A DNA stretch of 64,000 nucleotides from a virus: positions 1 to 64,000 of IMG/VR virus record IMGVR_UViG_3300003316_000274, one strand, 5' to 3'. Positions 51,428 through 60,127 of the stretch are shown here, one piece after another. Position numbers and translations under genes: made by a program. Below the pieces are notes generated by a model. That model had not been told where the DNA came from. It ran no database searches and saw only the letters and a list, made by a program, of their open reading frames with translations. How positions within the stretch are numbered: the first letter of the stretch is position 1; each line of letters begins with the position of its first letter.

Positions 51428-51760
51428 GTGTCACAGGTCGAGGAACCCGAGGAGGTGAGACGGCTGGACGAGGCCATTAAGGCGCTTGCCGAGATAGAGG
51501 ACGACGAGGCTTGCGCGAAGGCGGTGAGCCTGGTCCTGGACAAGTGGCCAGATCTGCATGAGCAGTTGCGCGAGATCCGTCAGGTGAGGGTCAATCGGCT
51601 GCGTAACCGTCGGCTGACGTGGGGGGCGATCGGCGCCCTGCTCGTCAAACGGAACGGCAGGGGCGTCTCGGCGGCCCGCGCGCAGCAGATCGCGACCGGT
51701 ATGAGCGGAGCGACGCGCAAGAAGCGGAAGAGGGCGGCCGAGGAACAGCCCGAGGAATAG
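51428..51760 (+). CDS. small HTH-like regulator candidate (acidic N-terminus, basic C-terminus)
   Basis: ORF 51428..51760. GTG start after GGGGAG. Contains LTWGAIGALLVKRNGRGVSAARAQQIA. Confidence 0.65.
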   Translation: MSQVEEPEEVRRLDEAIKALAEIEDDEACAKAVSLVLDKWPDLHEQLREIRQVRVNRLRNRRLTWGAIGALLVKRNGRGVSAARAQQIATGMSGATRKKRKRAAEEQPEE

Positions 51761-51791
51761 GAAGGCCGAGCGGTGGTCGAGACCGCCCGGC

Positions 51792-51908
51792 CGTAGCGCA
51801 CGAGATCACGAAGAGAGGCGCTACGTTGAGCGTAGCCTGCCGACTGCCCCGCGCCCCTGCCTCGTATTGAGGTGGGGGCGCCCGCCCCTCGGGGGCGAGG
51901 CGGGCGCC
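51792..51908 (+). promoter_or_regulatory. 3'-UTR-like region with mutually exclusive hairpins and a GC-rich terminal stem-loop
   Basis: CGTAGCGC (51792), GCGCTACG (51818) and CGTAGC (51831) can pair in two alternative ways. A further stem GGCGCCCGCC-(12 nt)-GGCGGGCGCC spans 51877-51908. Confidence 0.4.
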
Positions 51909-52072
51909 GTTGTCTCCGGGGGCCGCTGTCCCGCGCAGGGCGGGAAGGATCCAGTCGCCTGGTTCCGGCTGGTCCCGGCAGACGTGCGTCGTTGGCTATT
52001 CGCCGGCCGTGCCGGGTGCCCAGGTCTCCCGTGGGCAGACAACGAGCGCAGTCTCAGGATGCCACGAGAGGG

Positions 52073-52348
52073 CTATCCCTCCACGTTGCTCTGGGCGGCC
52101 AGCAGCGTCGTGACGGACGCTCCGCGCATCGTGGTGAGCATGACGTTGGCCAGTGCGTCCGCCGCTTCCGCCCCGTGGGATTCCTCGACGTGACGCACTG
52201 CGGCAATGATCGCCTCGGCGAACACGGCGGCGCCTTCGGCCAAGTTGGCTTTCCCTTTCGGGAGACGGGCGGCCAGAGCCTTGTCCATGGCGTTGCCTTG
52301 ATGGATCTCCATGGTTTTGATGAAGGCGACGCGTGGGGGATCAGTCAT
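52073..52348 (-). CDS. small hypothetical protein
   Basis: ORF 52073..52348. Confidence 0.55.
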   Translation of the reverse strand: MTDPPRVAFIKTMEIHQGNAMDKALAARLPKGKANLAEGAAVFAEAIIAAVRHVEESHGAEAADALANVMLTTMRGASVTTLLAAQSNVEG

Positions 52349-52564
52349 GTCTCAACTCTCCCATGTCCAGGGTTCACGCGGCGCCGAGTTCAGCAACGAC
52401 GATCGGCGTGACGAAGCCCTTCCCCCTGCTCGCCTGCGGGAAGGGCCTCGTTTTACGGTGCGGGGCCGCGGAGTCTCAACGTCTCGCGATGGGTCTTACG
52501 CCGCGTAGGGCTCCCCACCAGGCGCTCCGCCAGAGCAGCGGACCGGCCCCGCGCGGACATAATA

Positions 52565-52593
52565 GTCCGACCGATGTCCGGCGGTGTTCGGAC
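52565..52593. repeat. three degenerate GTCCGGAC-like sites
   Basis: GTCCGACC at 52565, GTCCGGCG at 52576 and GTTCGGAC at 52586, spaced 11 and 10 bp apart. Confidence 0.4.
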
Positions 52594-52596
52594 TGG

Positions 52597-53055
52597 TCAG
52601 CGTGTTCCAGCGATGACGGCTGCGGCCAGGGCAATGCACCCCTTATGCACGGCCTGGTCCAGGAGGGCCGGGGCGCCGGGGTCACGGCTGAGCCACTTCC
52701 CCTTGCCGAGAGCATGTGCGGCTCGTACCAGGGCCGGAGCGTCGGGGCCGTCCTCGGCCCAGTGGCCGGCGCACCGGTCGGTCGCGTAATGAGTGAGGGC
52801 GGACAAGGCAACGCCGGCGGCCGCGCGGCCGGGGGTGAGCCCGAGACCGAACGCGCGGTGCGCGGCCCAGAGAGCGGCGGCCTGCGTAAGGGCGTAGGAC
52901 CGGACGTGCCGCGCGCAGGCGGCGGCCCCCTCGTGTCCGGGCTTGCCCTTCGCTGCTGCGTCGGTGTCGCGCTGGACGATGTAGTCCCCTACCTCGTGGG
53001 CGGCGGTGAGGGCGGCGTATGCGGCGGCGAACCGGGTGCCGGGTGTCGTGGTCAT
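52597..53055 (-). CDS. DUF3307-like protein
   Basis: ORF 52597..53055. The AHEVGDYIVQ motif resembles the H..DF..Q motif recalled for DUF3307. Confidence 0.65.
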   Translation of the reverse strand: MTTTPGTRFAAAYAALTAAHEVGDYIVQRDTDAAAKGKPGHEGAAACARHVRSYALTQAAALWAAHRAFGLGLTPGRAAAGVALSALTHYATDRCAGHWAEDGPDAPALVRAAHALGKGKWLSRDPGAPALLDQAVHKGCIALAAAVIAGTR

Positions 53056-53145
53056 CGGGGTGGTTCTCTCCTGTGTCGTGGACCATCGTGGTCGTGCGGT
53101 GGTGTTCGGTGTGCACTGTGTTGTGCGCTGCGGATGTGGAGCGGA

Positions 53146-53508
53146 TCACGAAGACCGGCGGCGCGGGGGCGGTCCGTACGGGGAGGCCCAGGCGGGCCGA
53201 TTACGGCCGGGTCGGTCGGCGGGCTGCTGCGGGATGGCCGCGCGCAGGGCGCGGCCGAAGTCGGCCATGGCGGCGGCTGCCGCCTGGACGGCCGGGCGCA
53301 TCGCCTCGATGAACGCGCGGATGGGAGCCATGGCCTCGGCCATGACGGCGGCGGCCTCGGCGACGACCAGGTGGGTGTGCGGTCCGTCTTCTCGGCGGCG
53401 GCACTGGGCGACCGCCGTGACGGCCTCCTCGACGGTCAGGCCGTGGCGTTTGATCAGGCGCCCGATCAGGATGAGCGCGGCTTGGGCGGATGCTTGCTCG
53501 GGAGTCAT
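53146..53508 (-). CDS. hypothetical protein
   Basis: ORF 53146..53508. The C-terminal RPAWASPYGPPPRRR tail is common in small actinophage proteins. Confidence 0.6.
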   Translation of the reverse strand: MTPEQASAQAALILIGRLIKRHGLTVEEAVTAVAQCRRREDGPHTHLVVAEAAAVMAEAMAPIRAFIEAMRPAVQAAAAAMADFGRALRAAIPQQPADRPGRNRPAWASPYGPPPRRRSS

Positions 53509-53629
53509 CGTTCGCTCCAGGTGATTTTGTGGATTCTGTCTGGGAGTTCAGCGTGGGGGCCTGCGGGATCGTTGTCGGGTCCGGAGGCCCAGACGGAGGG
53601 TGTTCGGCGTCACAGGAGGAAGGACAAGA

Positions 53630-53902
53630 TCATTCGCCCTTGTCCTGCTTGGTGATCCGGAGAGCTGGACGCTTGCCGGTCGTGCGTTCGTGGGTGACGG
53701 TGTAGGCCGCCTTGCGGAGGGCGTCGGCGTACTGGTCGAGGCGGGCAGCCTCGTCAGGGCCGTCGTGCCAGACGCGGACGGTGCGGGGGCTGGCCTGGGT
53801 GGCGCGGTGGCCGGGGCGCCATTCGGCTCCGGTGAGGGCGTTGGGATGGCATCGGGCGGTGAGGGTGCGGGCGATCTCGGCGGCGGTGACACGGCAGTGC
53901 AC
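53630..53902 (-). CDS. small hypothetical protein
   Basis: The GTG at 53902 lies 7 nt after AGGAG, within ORF 53630..54160. Confidence 0.6.
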   Translation of the reverse strand: MHCRVTAAEIARTLTARCHPNALTGAEWRPGHRATQASPRTVRVWHDGPDEAARLDQYADALRKAAYTVTHERTTGKRPALRITKQDKGE

Positions 53903-53931
53903 GGACGGGCTCCTATCGGCTGCGCGAGGGG

Positions 53932-54165
53932 TTATAGGCGGGGCGGCTCCCCGTCCCAGGTGATCTCGTTGGCGGCGAAGGCACGGACGATCGCGGGGTC
54001 GTCGAGGTAGGACTGGAGACTGTCCAACTCGGTGTCCCAGTCGTCTTCCTGCAGGCGCGCGATCACCTTGGTGAGGGCGCGCTCTTTGATCTCGTCGGCG
54101 GCGTTCGCTTCGATCAGGGCGTCGGCGATGACGTTGAACAGGCTGTAGGCAGAACCCCACCCCAT
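53932..54165 (-). CDS. small acidic hypothetical protein
   Basis: ORF 53932..54165. AAGGAGGG lies 7 nt upstream of the ATG. Confidence 0.65.
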   Translation of the reverse strand: MGWGSAYSLFNVIADALIEANAADEIKERALTKVIARLQEDDWDTELDSLQSYLDDPAIVRAFAANEITWDGEPPRL

Positions 54166-54168
54166 GGG

Positions 54169-54801
54169 TCAGCCCTCCTTGTCCGGACGTCCGGATGCGT
54201 CCGCGTCCTGGCGCGTCCGGATGGTGTCCGTGCTGGTCATCGCGGTGTCCAGGACGGCCTCGCGCGTCCGTCCGGCGCCGTCAACGTCCGCGTCCGGACG
54301 GCCGTCCGGACGACTCCGGACGCAGTCGTCCAGTCCGCAGGAGCAGTTCGCGCAGCCGGCACAGAACTGGTCCCCTTGGAAGTTCTCGTAGCTGACGGGG
54401 CCGCCACCGCATACGCAGCAGCGGATGCCGACAACCGGGTCCGGGGTGTCGTTGAGAGCGGCCGCGATGGTCGCCTCGGCTCGCTCGTAGCCATCGCTGT
54501 CGGTCGCGGGATCGAACTGCCAGGGCTCGCCGTGGGAGTCGGAGACGAGGCTCCAGCCGTACGCGTGGCCGTCGCTGTCGATGTGAAGGGCGAGGGCCAG
54601 GCCGCGTGGATGGAGTGCGACCCGGTTGATCAGCCACAGCAGCCCGGAGTCGCGGAGCCGGGCGAAGGAACGGGCGGTGGCGTCGGTGGCATGGTGCGGG
54701 AGCCCAGGAGCTGGAGCCGCGCTGGCGCCCTTGCGGATCTCCTCGGCGGCACGAAGGGTGTCGGCGGTGTAGCAGGCGTACGCCCGGCCGCGCGCGGTCA
54801 C
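54169..54801 (-). CDS. Cys-rich hypothetical protein; its last ~45 codons run through a GTCCGGAC array
   Basis: ORF 54169..54801. The globular part ends near CAGCANCSCGLDDC. The tail is RPDGRPD...SGRPDKEG. Confidence 0.65.
   Translation of the reverse strand: MTARGRAYACYTADTLRAAEEIRKGASAAPAPGLPHHATDATARSFARLRDSGLLWLINRVALHPRGLALALHIDSDGHAYGWSLVSDSHGEPWQFDPATDSDGYERAEATIAAALNDTPDPVVGIRCCVCGGGPVSYENFQGDQFCAGCANCSCGLDDCVRSRPDGRPDADVDGAGRTREAVLDTAMTSTDTIRTRQDADASGRPDKEG
54181..54321. repeat. array of GTCCGGAC-type sites
   Basis: GTCCGGAC at 54181, 54292 and 54304. GTCCGGAT at 54189 and 54215. CTCCGGAC at 54314. Several degenerate copies (GTCCGCGT, GTCCGTGC, GTCCGGCG) also occur. Confidence 0.85.
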
Positions 54802-55259
54802 GGGGTGGTCCCGAGGATCTGCCGGGCCACGGCGAGGGCGTGCTCAGTGCGGCCACGGAGTTCGGCGCCTGGGACGCTGTCGATGAGGTCGGCCTCGAAC
54901 TCCAGCCAGTCGGCAAGGGCGAGTCCGGCCCTGGGGCCCATGGCGACGATGTACTCAGCGTGTCGGGCGCGCATGCGTACTGGTCGGTGCTGGCTGCCGC
55001 CGTGCAGCAGTTTGGGCCAGGAGTAGTGGCTACCGTCGGCGTGCTGGAGGCGGTCGCCCCAGATGATGCGGTTGCCGTCGTCGGGCACGCCGGGACAGGA
55101 ACCACAGGGTTTGGCATGCCAGTCGGCGGTGGGTGTGCCGTCATCGTCGGTGCTGGCGGCGGTGGCGAGTTCGCGCAACTTGGTTGCGGCGGTGCGGAGT
55201 TCGTCGGCGAACGGGCAGGGGGCTTCGGCCGTGGACGGCTGGCTGTTGGTCATGGTCAC
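54798..55259 (-). CDS. hypothetical protein
   Basis: ORF 54798..55259. ATGA overlap with the downstream gene. Confidence 0.65.
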   Translation of the reverse strand: MTMTNSQPSTAEAPCPFADELRTAATKLRELATAASTDDDGTPTADWHAKPCGSCPGVPDDGNRIIWGDRLQHADGSHYSWPKLLHGGSQHRPVRMRARHAEYIVAMGPRAGLALADWLEFEADLIDSVPGAELRGRTEHALAVARQILGTTP

Positions 55260-55314
55260 TGCTCCGTGGTCTGGTCGATGGCGTCGCTGGTGATCGAGTC
55301 GACGGTGTGGCGCG

Positions 55315-55587
55315 TCAAGCCGCGTCCTCCTCGGTGAGGGATTGGGGTGGGCGTACGGGGGGTGTGTGGCCGTCTGCAGGCTTTTCGGGTGCCGAGTGGT
55401 CCTGGAGGGCGCGGCACGCTTGCGCAGCCGCCACAGCGGCCCCCAGTGCCCCGCACGCCACCCTCGCCGCCCACGTGACTGCGGCGCACCCGATGAACAG
55501 CGCGATCGTGGCGATTGCGGAGAGGATGACGATCCACGCGGCGAGGGCCCATCCGAGAGTGATCAACGCGTCCACGGCTTCCGCCAT
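55315..55587 (-). CDS. small membrane protein
   Basis: Start MAEAVDALITLGWALAAWIVILSAIATIALFIG within ORF 55315..55740. The ATG overlaps the upstream stop. Confidence 0.55.
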   Translation of the reverse strand: MAEAVDALITLGWALAAWIVILSAIATIALFIGCAAVTWAARVACGALGAAVAAAQACRALQDHSAPEKPADGHTPPVRPPQSLTEEDAA

Positions 55588-55784
55588 CACATCCGGCCCT
55601 CGGTGTGCTCGGGGCAGAGGTCGAGTAGACGACCGCCCTGCCGACGACGAGTCCATCCCCGGTGCGTTTTCAGCAGCCGCCGCAACTCGGTGTGGGTGTG
55701 GGGGTTCTCGCGCACTGGCCAGTGGCCCTCGGCGTCGCATCCGTCGTAGTCACAGTTGATCGTCAGGTAGCAATCCGCGCTCAC
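55587..55784 (-). CDS. small Cys/His-rich protein
   Basis: ORF 55587..55784. Confidence 0.55.
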   Translation of the reverse strand: MSADCYLTINCDYDGCDAEGHWPVRENPHTHTELRRLLKTHRGWTRRRQGGRLLDLCPEHTEGRM

Positions 55785-56629
55785 TGGCTACCCTCCCTGT
55801 CACCGGACTCCTGCGTCTCAGGCTGGTCGTCGCCCATCTGCCTGGCTTCGATCTCCCGGGCGCAGAGGCGGAGGTAACTGGCGGAGATGATGCCGATGTC
55901 CTTGGTCGTCGGGTCACCGAAGACGTTGGCGAGATCGTCGGCGGCCTCTCTCAGCACGGCGGCCCGATCGGTGGGTTCGGGCAGCATCACACCGTCGGAA
56001 AGCGCGGTGGCCGCACGGATGGACATGCGGTATCTGCGCGCTTTCGCCACCGCATCCGCGTTCCAGCCGTGCCGTTCGGCCATCTCCTGCATGGCGCCGC
56101 CGTTGTCGCACAGGTCGTCGTGCTCATGCTTCTTTTCGCAGTCCCATCCGACGAGGACGGCCCACAGCCACGCGTCAACCCTATAGATGCCCCAGTCGCG
56201 GGAGCTGGTGGCGATGAGGCGGCCGAGTCCGTCAAGGGCAGCGGCCAGGACGTCCGCCTTCGCCTGCTGCGGCCCCGTGCGATCGGCGGGCGCAGTCAGC
56301 ACGCGCAACACCGCATCGGCACGGCTGTACGCGTTGGCACGCACGGCCTCCAGGGTGCTTCCGGGTTCGGGATCCTCGCCGCGGTATACCCACTGGATGA
56401 GCGCGTTGGCGATGCGGTCGCGGAGGGCAGTTCCGTGGATAGACGGGACCGGGGTGGTCATCGCGTCGAGTGCGGCGTGGACGGCGCGCCAGAGCATCGC
56501 GTTCCGGTGAACCGTGGTGGGCGGCATTTCTTCGCCGAGGCCGTGGATGAACGCGAACACGGCGTCGTACGCGGGCTGCCTCGGGTCGCCGGTCGGCGGG
56601 GTGGGTGCGGTCGGATCGGTCATGGTCAT
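55781..56629 (-). CDS. hypothetical protein
   Basis: Start at the ATG at 56629 or 56623, within ORF 55781..56701. Confidence 0.65.
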   Translation of the reverse strand: MTMTDPTAPTPPTGDPRQPAYDAVFAFIHGLGEEMPPTTVHRNAMLWRAVHAALDAMTTPVPSIHGTALRDRIANALIQWVYRGEDPEPGSTLEAVRANAYSRADAVLRVLTAPADRTGPQQAKADVLAAALDGLGRLIATSSRDWGIYRVDAWLWAVLVGWDCEKKHEHDDLCDNGGAMQEMAERHGWNADAVAKARRYRMSIRAATALSDGVMLPEPTDRAAVLREAADDLANVFGDPTTKDIGIISASYLRLCAREIEARQMGDDQPETQESGDREGSQ

Positions 56630-56770
56630 CTCCAGGGGTGTGTGAGGAGGTTGGGGGTACCGGCCGCCCGCGGCTCCAACGCGGGCGGCCGACCTGGTCA
56701 CGAGACAGGCCCGGCGGCGAGAGCCTCGGGGCAGCCGGCGTGCAGGTAGCAGCCGTGCTTGCAGCCTTGG

Positions 56771-56983
56771 TCAGCGGGGTAGTTCGCTCCAGCCGAAGGG
56801 GGACTCGCCGCCGTCGGTGTCTACGACGACCAGAGCGGTGTCGGGCAGTGCGCAGGTGACGCGGTCCGGGTCTCGGGTGAACAGGTCACAGAGGGGGAGT
56901 TCGCTGCTCGTGCGCAGGCAGCACCTGGTGAAAGAGCCACCGGGCGGCGGGCATTCGTGGACGACGCCGTGCGGGGTGCTCAC
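56771..56983 (-). CDS. small Cys-rich protein
   Basis: The GTG at 56983 overlaps the upstream stop (GTGA). Confidence 0.5.
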   Translation of the reverse strand: MSTPHGVVHECPPPGGSFTRCCLRTSSELPLCDLFTRDPDRVTCALPDTALVVVDTDGGESPFGWSELPR

Positions 56984-57357
56984 GTCTTGCTCCGGCCGTG
57001 CGGGCACCAGTCGTCGTGTTCGGCTCCGACTGTCGACCAGTAGCGGGTGCAGCCGCATCGGCTGCGCATCTCACGGCGGGCGGTGCGAGCGGCATGGAGC
57101 CGGCGGAGCGGTCCCGGGTGTTGTGGCCTCCTGGCCATCGCTGTCTCGGGCTCGTCCTCGATGTCGTCGGTGTACGTGCCGGGTGCGGTGTCGCGGCCGG
57201 CCTCGCGGATCGCGCCGGTCACGCACAGGGCTGCGAGCGCATACGCTGCGGCTGCGTCCTGCCAGTGGCCTGCGCTGACGTGGCTTCCGCCGATCGCTGT
57301 GCAGGCCACGAAGCCCAGACCGAACACGGTGCTGATGATCATGCTGGTGCGCTTCAC
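56980..57357 (-). CDS. small membrane protein with basic Cys-containing C-terminus
   Basis: The GTG at 57357 follows GGAGGTGGG and overlaps the upstream stop (GTGA). Confidence 0.55.
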   Translation of the reverse strand: MKRTSMIISTVFGLGFVACTAIGGSHVSAGHWQDAAAAYALAALCVTGAIREAGRDTAPGTYTDDIEDEPETAMARRPQHPGPLRRLHAARTARREMRSRCGCTRYWSTVGAEHDDWCPHGRSKT

Positions 57358-57479
57358 TTGGCCCACCTCCGGTAGCGGCGGATGCAGAAGTGGGTCCACC
57401 AGTAGACGGCCGGACACCACACCGGTAGGAAGAGGACGCCCACGAGGGCGAAGACGGCCTGATCGCTGAGTGGCGTCAT
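57354..57479 (-). CDS. 41-aa membrane peptide
   Basis: Sequence is MTPLSDQAVFALVGVLFLPVWCPAVYWWTHFCIRRYRRWAK. ATGA overlap. Confidence 0.45.
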   Translation of the reverse strand: MTPLSDQAVFALVGVLFLPVWCPAVYWWTHFCIRRYRRWAK

Positions 57480-57850
57480 GAGGCCGGGGCCAGGGGGAAA
57501 CTGTGCGTGGCGCGGCCGTTGGGCAGCGTGATCTTCCATGGCCCGGCGAAGAGGCCGTAGGCGGCCCAGTTGCAGCCGCGGCCCTTGTATTTGCCGCGCC
57601 CCTTGTTGAGGGCGCCGAGGGTGCGGCCAATGCACTCCTGGCCGACGATGTCCGAGGCGATGACCGGCTCTTTGGTGCGGAGGTTTGTGCGGGGGTGCTC
57701 GGCCAGTGCGGCGCGGAAGTCGTTGCCGTTGGCGGTGTCGCCGCATGCTGGGCAGGTGAACGCCCACTTCAGGGGGTCACTGCCAAAGCGCTCGGTCGCT
57801 TCGGCGATCAGTTCGGCCTGTGTGAGAGTGCGATGGTCGGTGGTGGTCAC
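57476..57850 (-). CDS. conserved phage protein (VVA0879-like; recalled family)
   Basis: ORF 57476..57850. Contains FTCPACGD...GRGCNWAAYGLFAGPW. Confidence 0.65.
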   Translation of the reverse strand: MTTTDHRTLTQAELIAEATERFGSDPLKWAFTCPACGDTANGNDFRAALAEHPRTNLRTKEPVIASDIVGQECIGRTLGALNKGRGKYKGRGCNWAAYGLFAGPWKITLPNGRATHSFPLAPAS

Positions 57851-57912
57851 GCGCTATGCCCTTCGTGGTTGGTTGCGGCTGGGCCCGACCGAGGCCGGGC
57901 CCAGCTGAGAGG

Positions 57913-58500
57913 TCACTGCCTGGGCCGCAGCAAAACGTCCGCGAGGTCGACGGCGGCCTGCATGGTCGATGTCTCGACGAGCCCCTGCTCTTCGGCGACG
58001 GACTCGTATGCGGCGTCCAGGATTGCGGTGACGGCGCGGCCGACATCGGGGCCGAGGAGCGCGATGTACGCGGCGTCCGTCGCGGCCTGGGGGTTTCCGG
58101 CGGGGCCGGTGCGGGCGACGCAGTCCTGGCCGTGGTCGCCGCCGGCGACGAACTCGACACCGGGCAGTGTCCGCATGGACGTGGGAGTCCGTCTGGGGGT
58201 CCAGATGCCTCCGGTGGCCCCGTTGACGTGGGCGCGGAGCAGTTCTGCGGCGTTCTGGAGGCGGTAGTCCGCGCGCTCCGGCGGGATGGGCGCGGGGATG
58301 AGTCCGGCGATGATGACGCGTGGCTTCATGCGGCTTCCGGAGCAGCCGGCGCAGTAGTCCTGGCCCGCCGTGTGTCGCCAGCCGTGCGCAGCTGCGATGG
58401 TGCGGGCCTCCCCGATCGTCAGGCCGTCCGTCTGTAGCCGGGACGCGCACGACGAGGAGCCCCGGACGGTGTTGCAGCTGACCGTGATGCTCGTGCTCAT
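57913..58500 (-). CDS. hypothetical protein
   Basis: ORF 57913..58500. Confidence 0.6.
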   Translation of the reverse strand: MSTSITVSCNTVRGSSSCASRLQTDGLTIGEARTIAAAHGWRHTAGQDYCAGCSGSRMKPRVIIAGLIPAPIPPERADYRLQNAAELLRAHVNGATGGIWTPRRTPTSMRTLPGVEFVAGGDHGQDCVARTGPAGNPQAATDAAYIALLGPDVGRAVTAILDAAYESVAEEQGLVETSTMQAAVDLADVLLRPRQ

Positions 58501-59255
58501 GCCCGGCCGCCTTTCATGTCCAGGCCGTAGGCGTACGCGCGCATGTACAGGCTGGCGCCGGAGAAGCCCGCGCCGAAGTCCTGGCTGGTGTTCTTGGAGA
58601 TGAACGGGCCGACCTTGTGCATGAGCGCGGCTAGGCCCCGGGCGTGCTGGGCGAGGAACTCGCCGGCGTACCGCTGCGCGTCAGCGTCGCGGTGGCCGGC
58701 CTCGCAGTACACCTCGGCCAGGTGCCGGTACATGTCCTCGAAGTCGTCGGCCGCGTTCGCCCCCAGCGCTCCGGAAACGAGGTCGCGGATCTCATTGGTG
58801 CTCCGGATGTAGTGGCAGGGGCACTGGCGTCCCTTGCCTGCGGGTACGCACCTTCCCTGGCAGACGATGGGGTGGGGGTCGGTGCAGTTGCATCCGGTGA
58901 CTGCCCGGACCAGCAGCCAGGCCGCTTCCTGGCGGTCGATCGGCTTCAGTGTGTCGTCGACCTCGCTGGTGAAGAGCACCTGCTGGGACGTGGTGGCGCG
59001 GCGGACGAGGAATGTGCGATTGGCCATGATCCACTGCTCATCGCCTTCGACCGGGCGGTTCGGCCCGGCGGGAAGCGCGTCCCGTTCGAGGCGGACCTTG
59101 ATCTTGCTCTCGGTGATCTCCAGGATCTGGCCGATGATCGTGAGCATCTTCGATGTCGTGGCGCCGACGACGTCACCGGGGCGGATCGAAATGCCAGCGG
59201 CATCGCGCGTTGCTTCCTTCACAGGGTGGCTCCTGGTTTTCTGGGTGGTGGTCAC
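58497..59255 (-). CDS. hypothetical protein (the start could be 59255 or 59222)
   Basis: Within ORF 58497..59402. Both candidate GTG starts have AGGAG-type sites upstream. Confidence 0.6.
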   Translation of the reverse strand: MTTTQKTRSHPVKEATRDAAGISIRPGDVVGATTSKMLTIIGQILEITESKIKVRLERDALPAGPNRPVEGDEQWIMANRTFLVRRATTSQQVLFTSEVDDTLKPIDRQEAAWLLVRAVTGCNCTDPHPIVCQGRCVPAGKGRQCPCHYIRSTNEIRDLVSGALGANAADDFEDMYRHLAEVYCEAGHRDADAQRYAGEFLAQHARGLAALMHKVGPFISKNTSQDFGAGFSGASLYMRAYAYGLDMKGGRA

Positions 59256-59293
59256 CCCGGACTTCTCCTCCGGGGTGGCCGTATTGCTGGTGG

Positions 59294-59497
59294 TCAAGAG
59301 AGGTCGGTGTACTCGGTGTACTCGGCGTCCCGTTGCGCTGTCTTGGCAGCCTCTTGTGCCGTCTTGGCAGCCTCGATCGCGTTGTGGCGACAGGTGTCGC
59401 ACAGCACCAGCCGGGCGGCGTCCTCGGCGCTCACGAATCCGGCGACCGCGCGGGCGGCCTCCTCGTGCGGGGGCAGGTCTTCGGGCATGTCAGTCAC
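59294..59497 (-). CDS. small acidic protein
   Basis: ORF 59294..59497. Contains an AAKTAQ x2 duplication. Confidence 0.5.
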   Translation of the reverse strand: MTDMPEDLPPHEEAARAVAGFVSAEDAARLVLCDTCRHNAIEAAKTAQEAAKTAQRDAEYTEYTDLS

Positions 59498-59699
59498 CGC
59501 ATTTCTGGCAGGGCTGGACGACGAGGTCGACGCAGACGACGCAGAGGGACGTGGGCTCCGTGTCGTCGTCCGCCCAGGGCACGCCGGCGACGTCGGCCCC
59601 GCACAGCGCGATGTCCTCGTCGCAGGGGCAGGCGGCGTGCGACAGGTCGTCGTCGTGATCGGCGCCGCTGGTCGTCGGTTCGGGGGCGAGGGTGGTCAA
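59490..59699 (-). CDS. small acidic Cys-rich protein
   Basis: ORF 59490..59699. Confidence 0.5.
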   Translation of the reverse strand: MTTLAPEPTTSGADHDDDLSHAACPCDEDIALCGADVAGVPWADDDTEPTSLCVVCVDLVVQPCQKCGD

Positions 59700-60127
59700 G
59701 CGGACTCCTCGGTCAGGGGGGAGGCGGGGGCGGGGCGGCAGCGCAGCAGGGCGCGGGCCACGGTGCGGGCGCCATACCGGCGTACGGCCTCGTCGTGGCC
59801 GAACTCGGCGACCGCCTCGCAGATCTCGTCCAGCGGCAGCACCACAGGAACCGTCGGGGTCTGGTCGGGGATCTGGCCTCGGCGCCGGTTCGTGGCACAG
59901 AACAGGCAGCCGCCGCCGGTGGTCGGGTCCACCGGTGCACCGGGGTGCTGGCGGCAGCCGGCCGGGGCCAGCTCTGCGCGGACACCGGCGAGAAGACGCC
60001 GCGCACGGTCGAGGTCCTGGCCGATCTCGTCGAGCTGCTCGGGCGCAGCCTCGAAGACCGCCAGCCGGTCCCCGTGCTCGCCCAGAACACGCAGCACGCG
60101 CCCCAGCCCGGTAGTCGTGTCGGTCAT
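59696..60127 (-). CDS. hypothetical protein
   Basis: Start MTDTTTGLGRVLRVLGEHG within ORF 59696..60217. ATGA overlap with the initiator gene. Confidence 0.6.
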   Translation of the reverse strand: MTDTTTGLGRVLRVLGEHGDRLAVFEAAPEQLDEIGQDLDRARRLLAGVRAELAPAGCRQHPGAPVDPTTGGGCLFCATNRRRGQIPDQTPTVPVVLPLDEICEAVAEFGHDEAVRRYGARTVARALLRCRPAPASPLTEESA

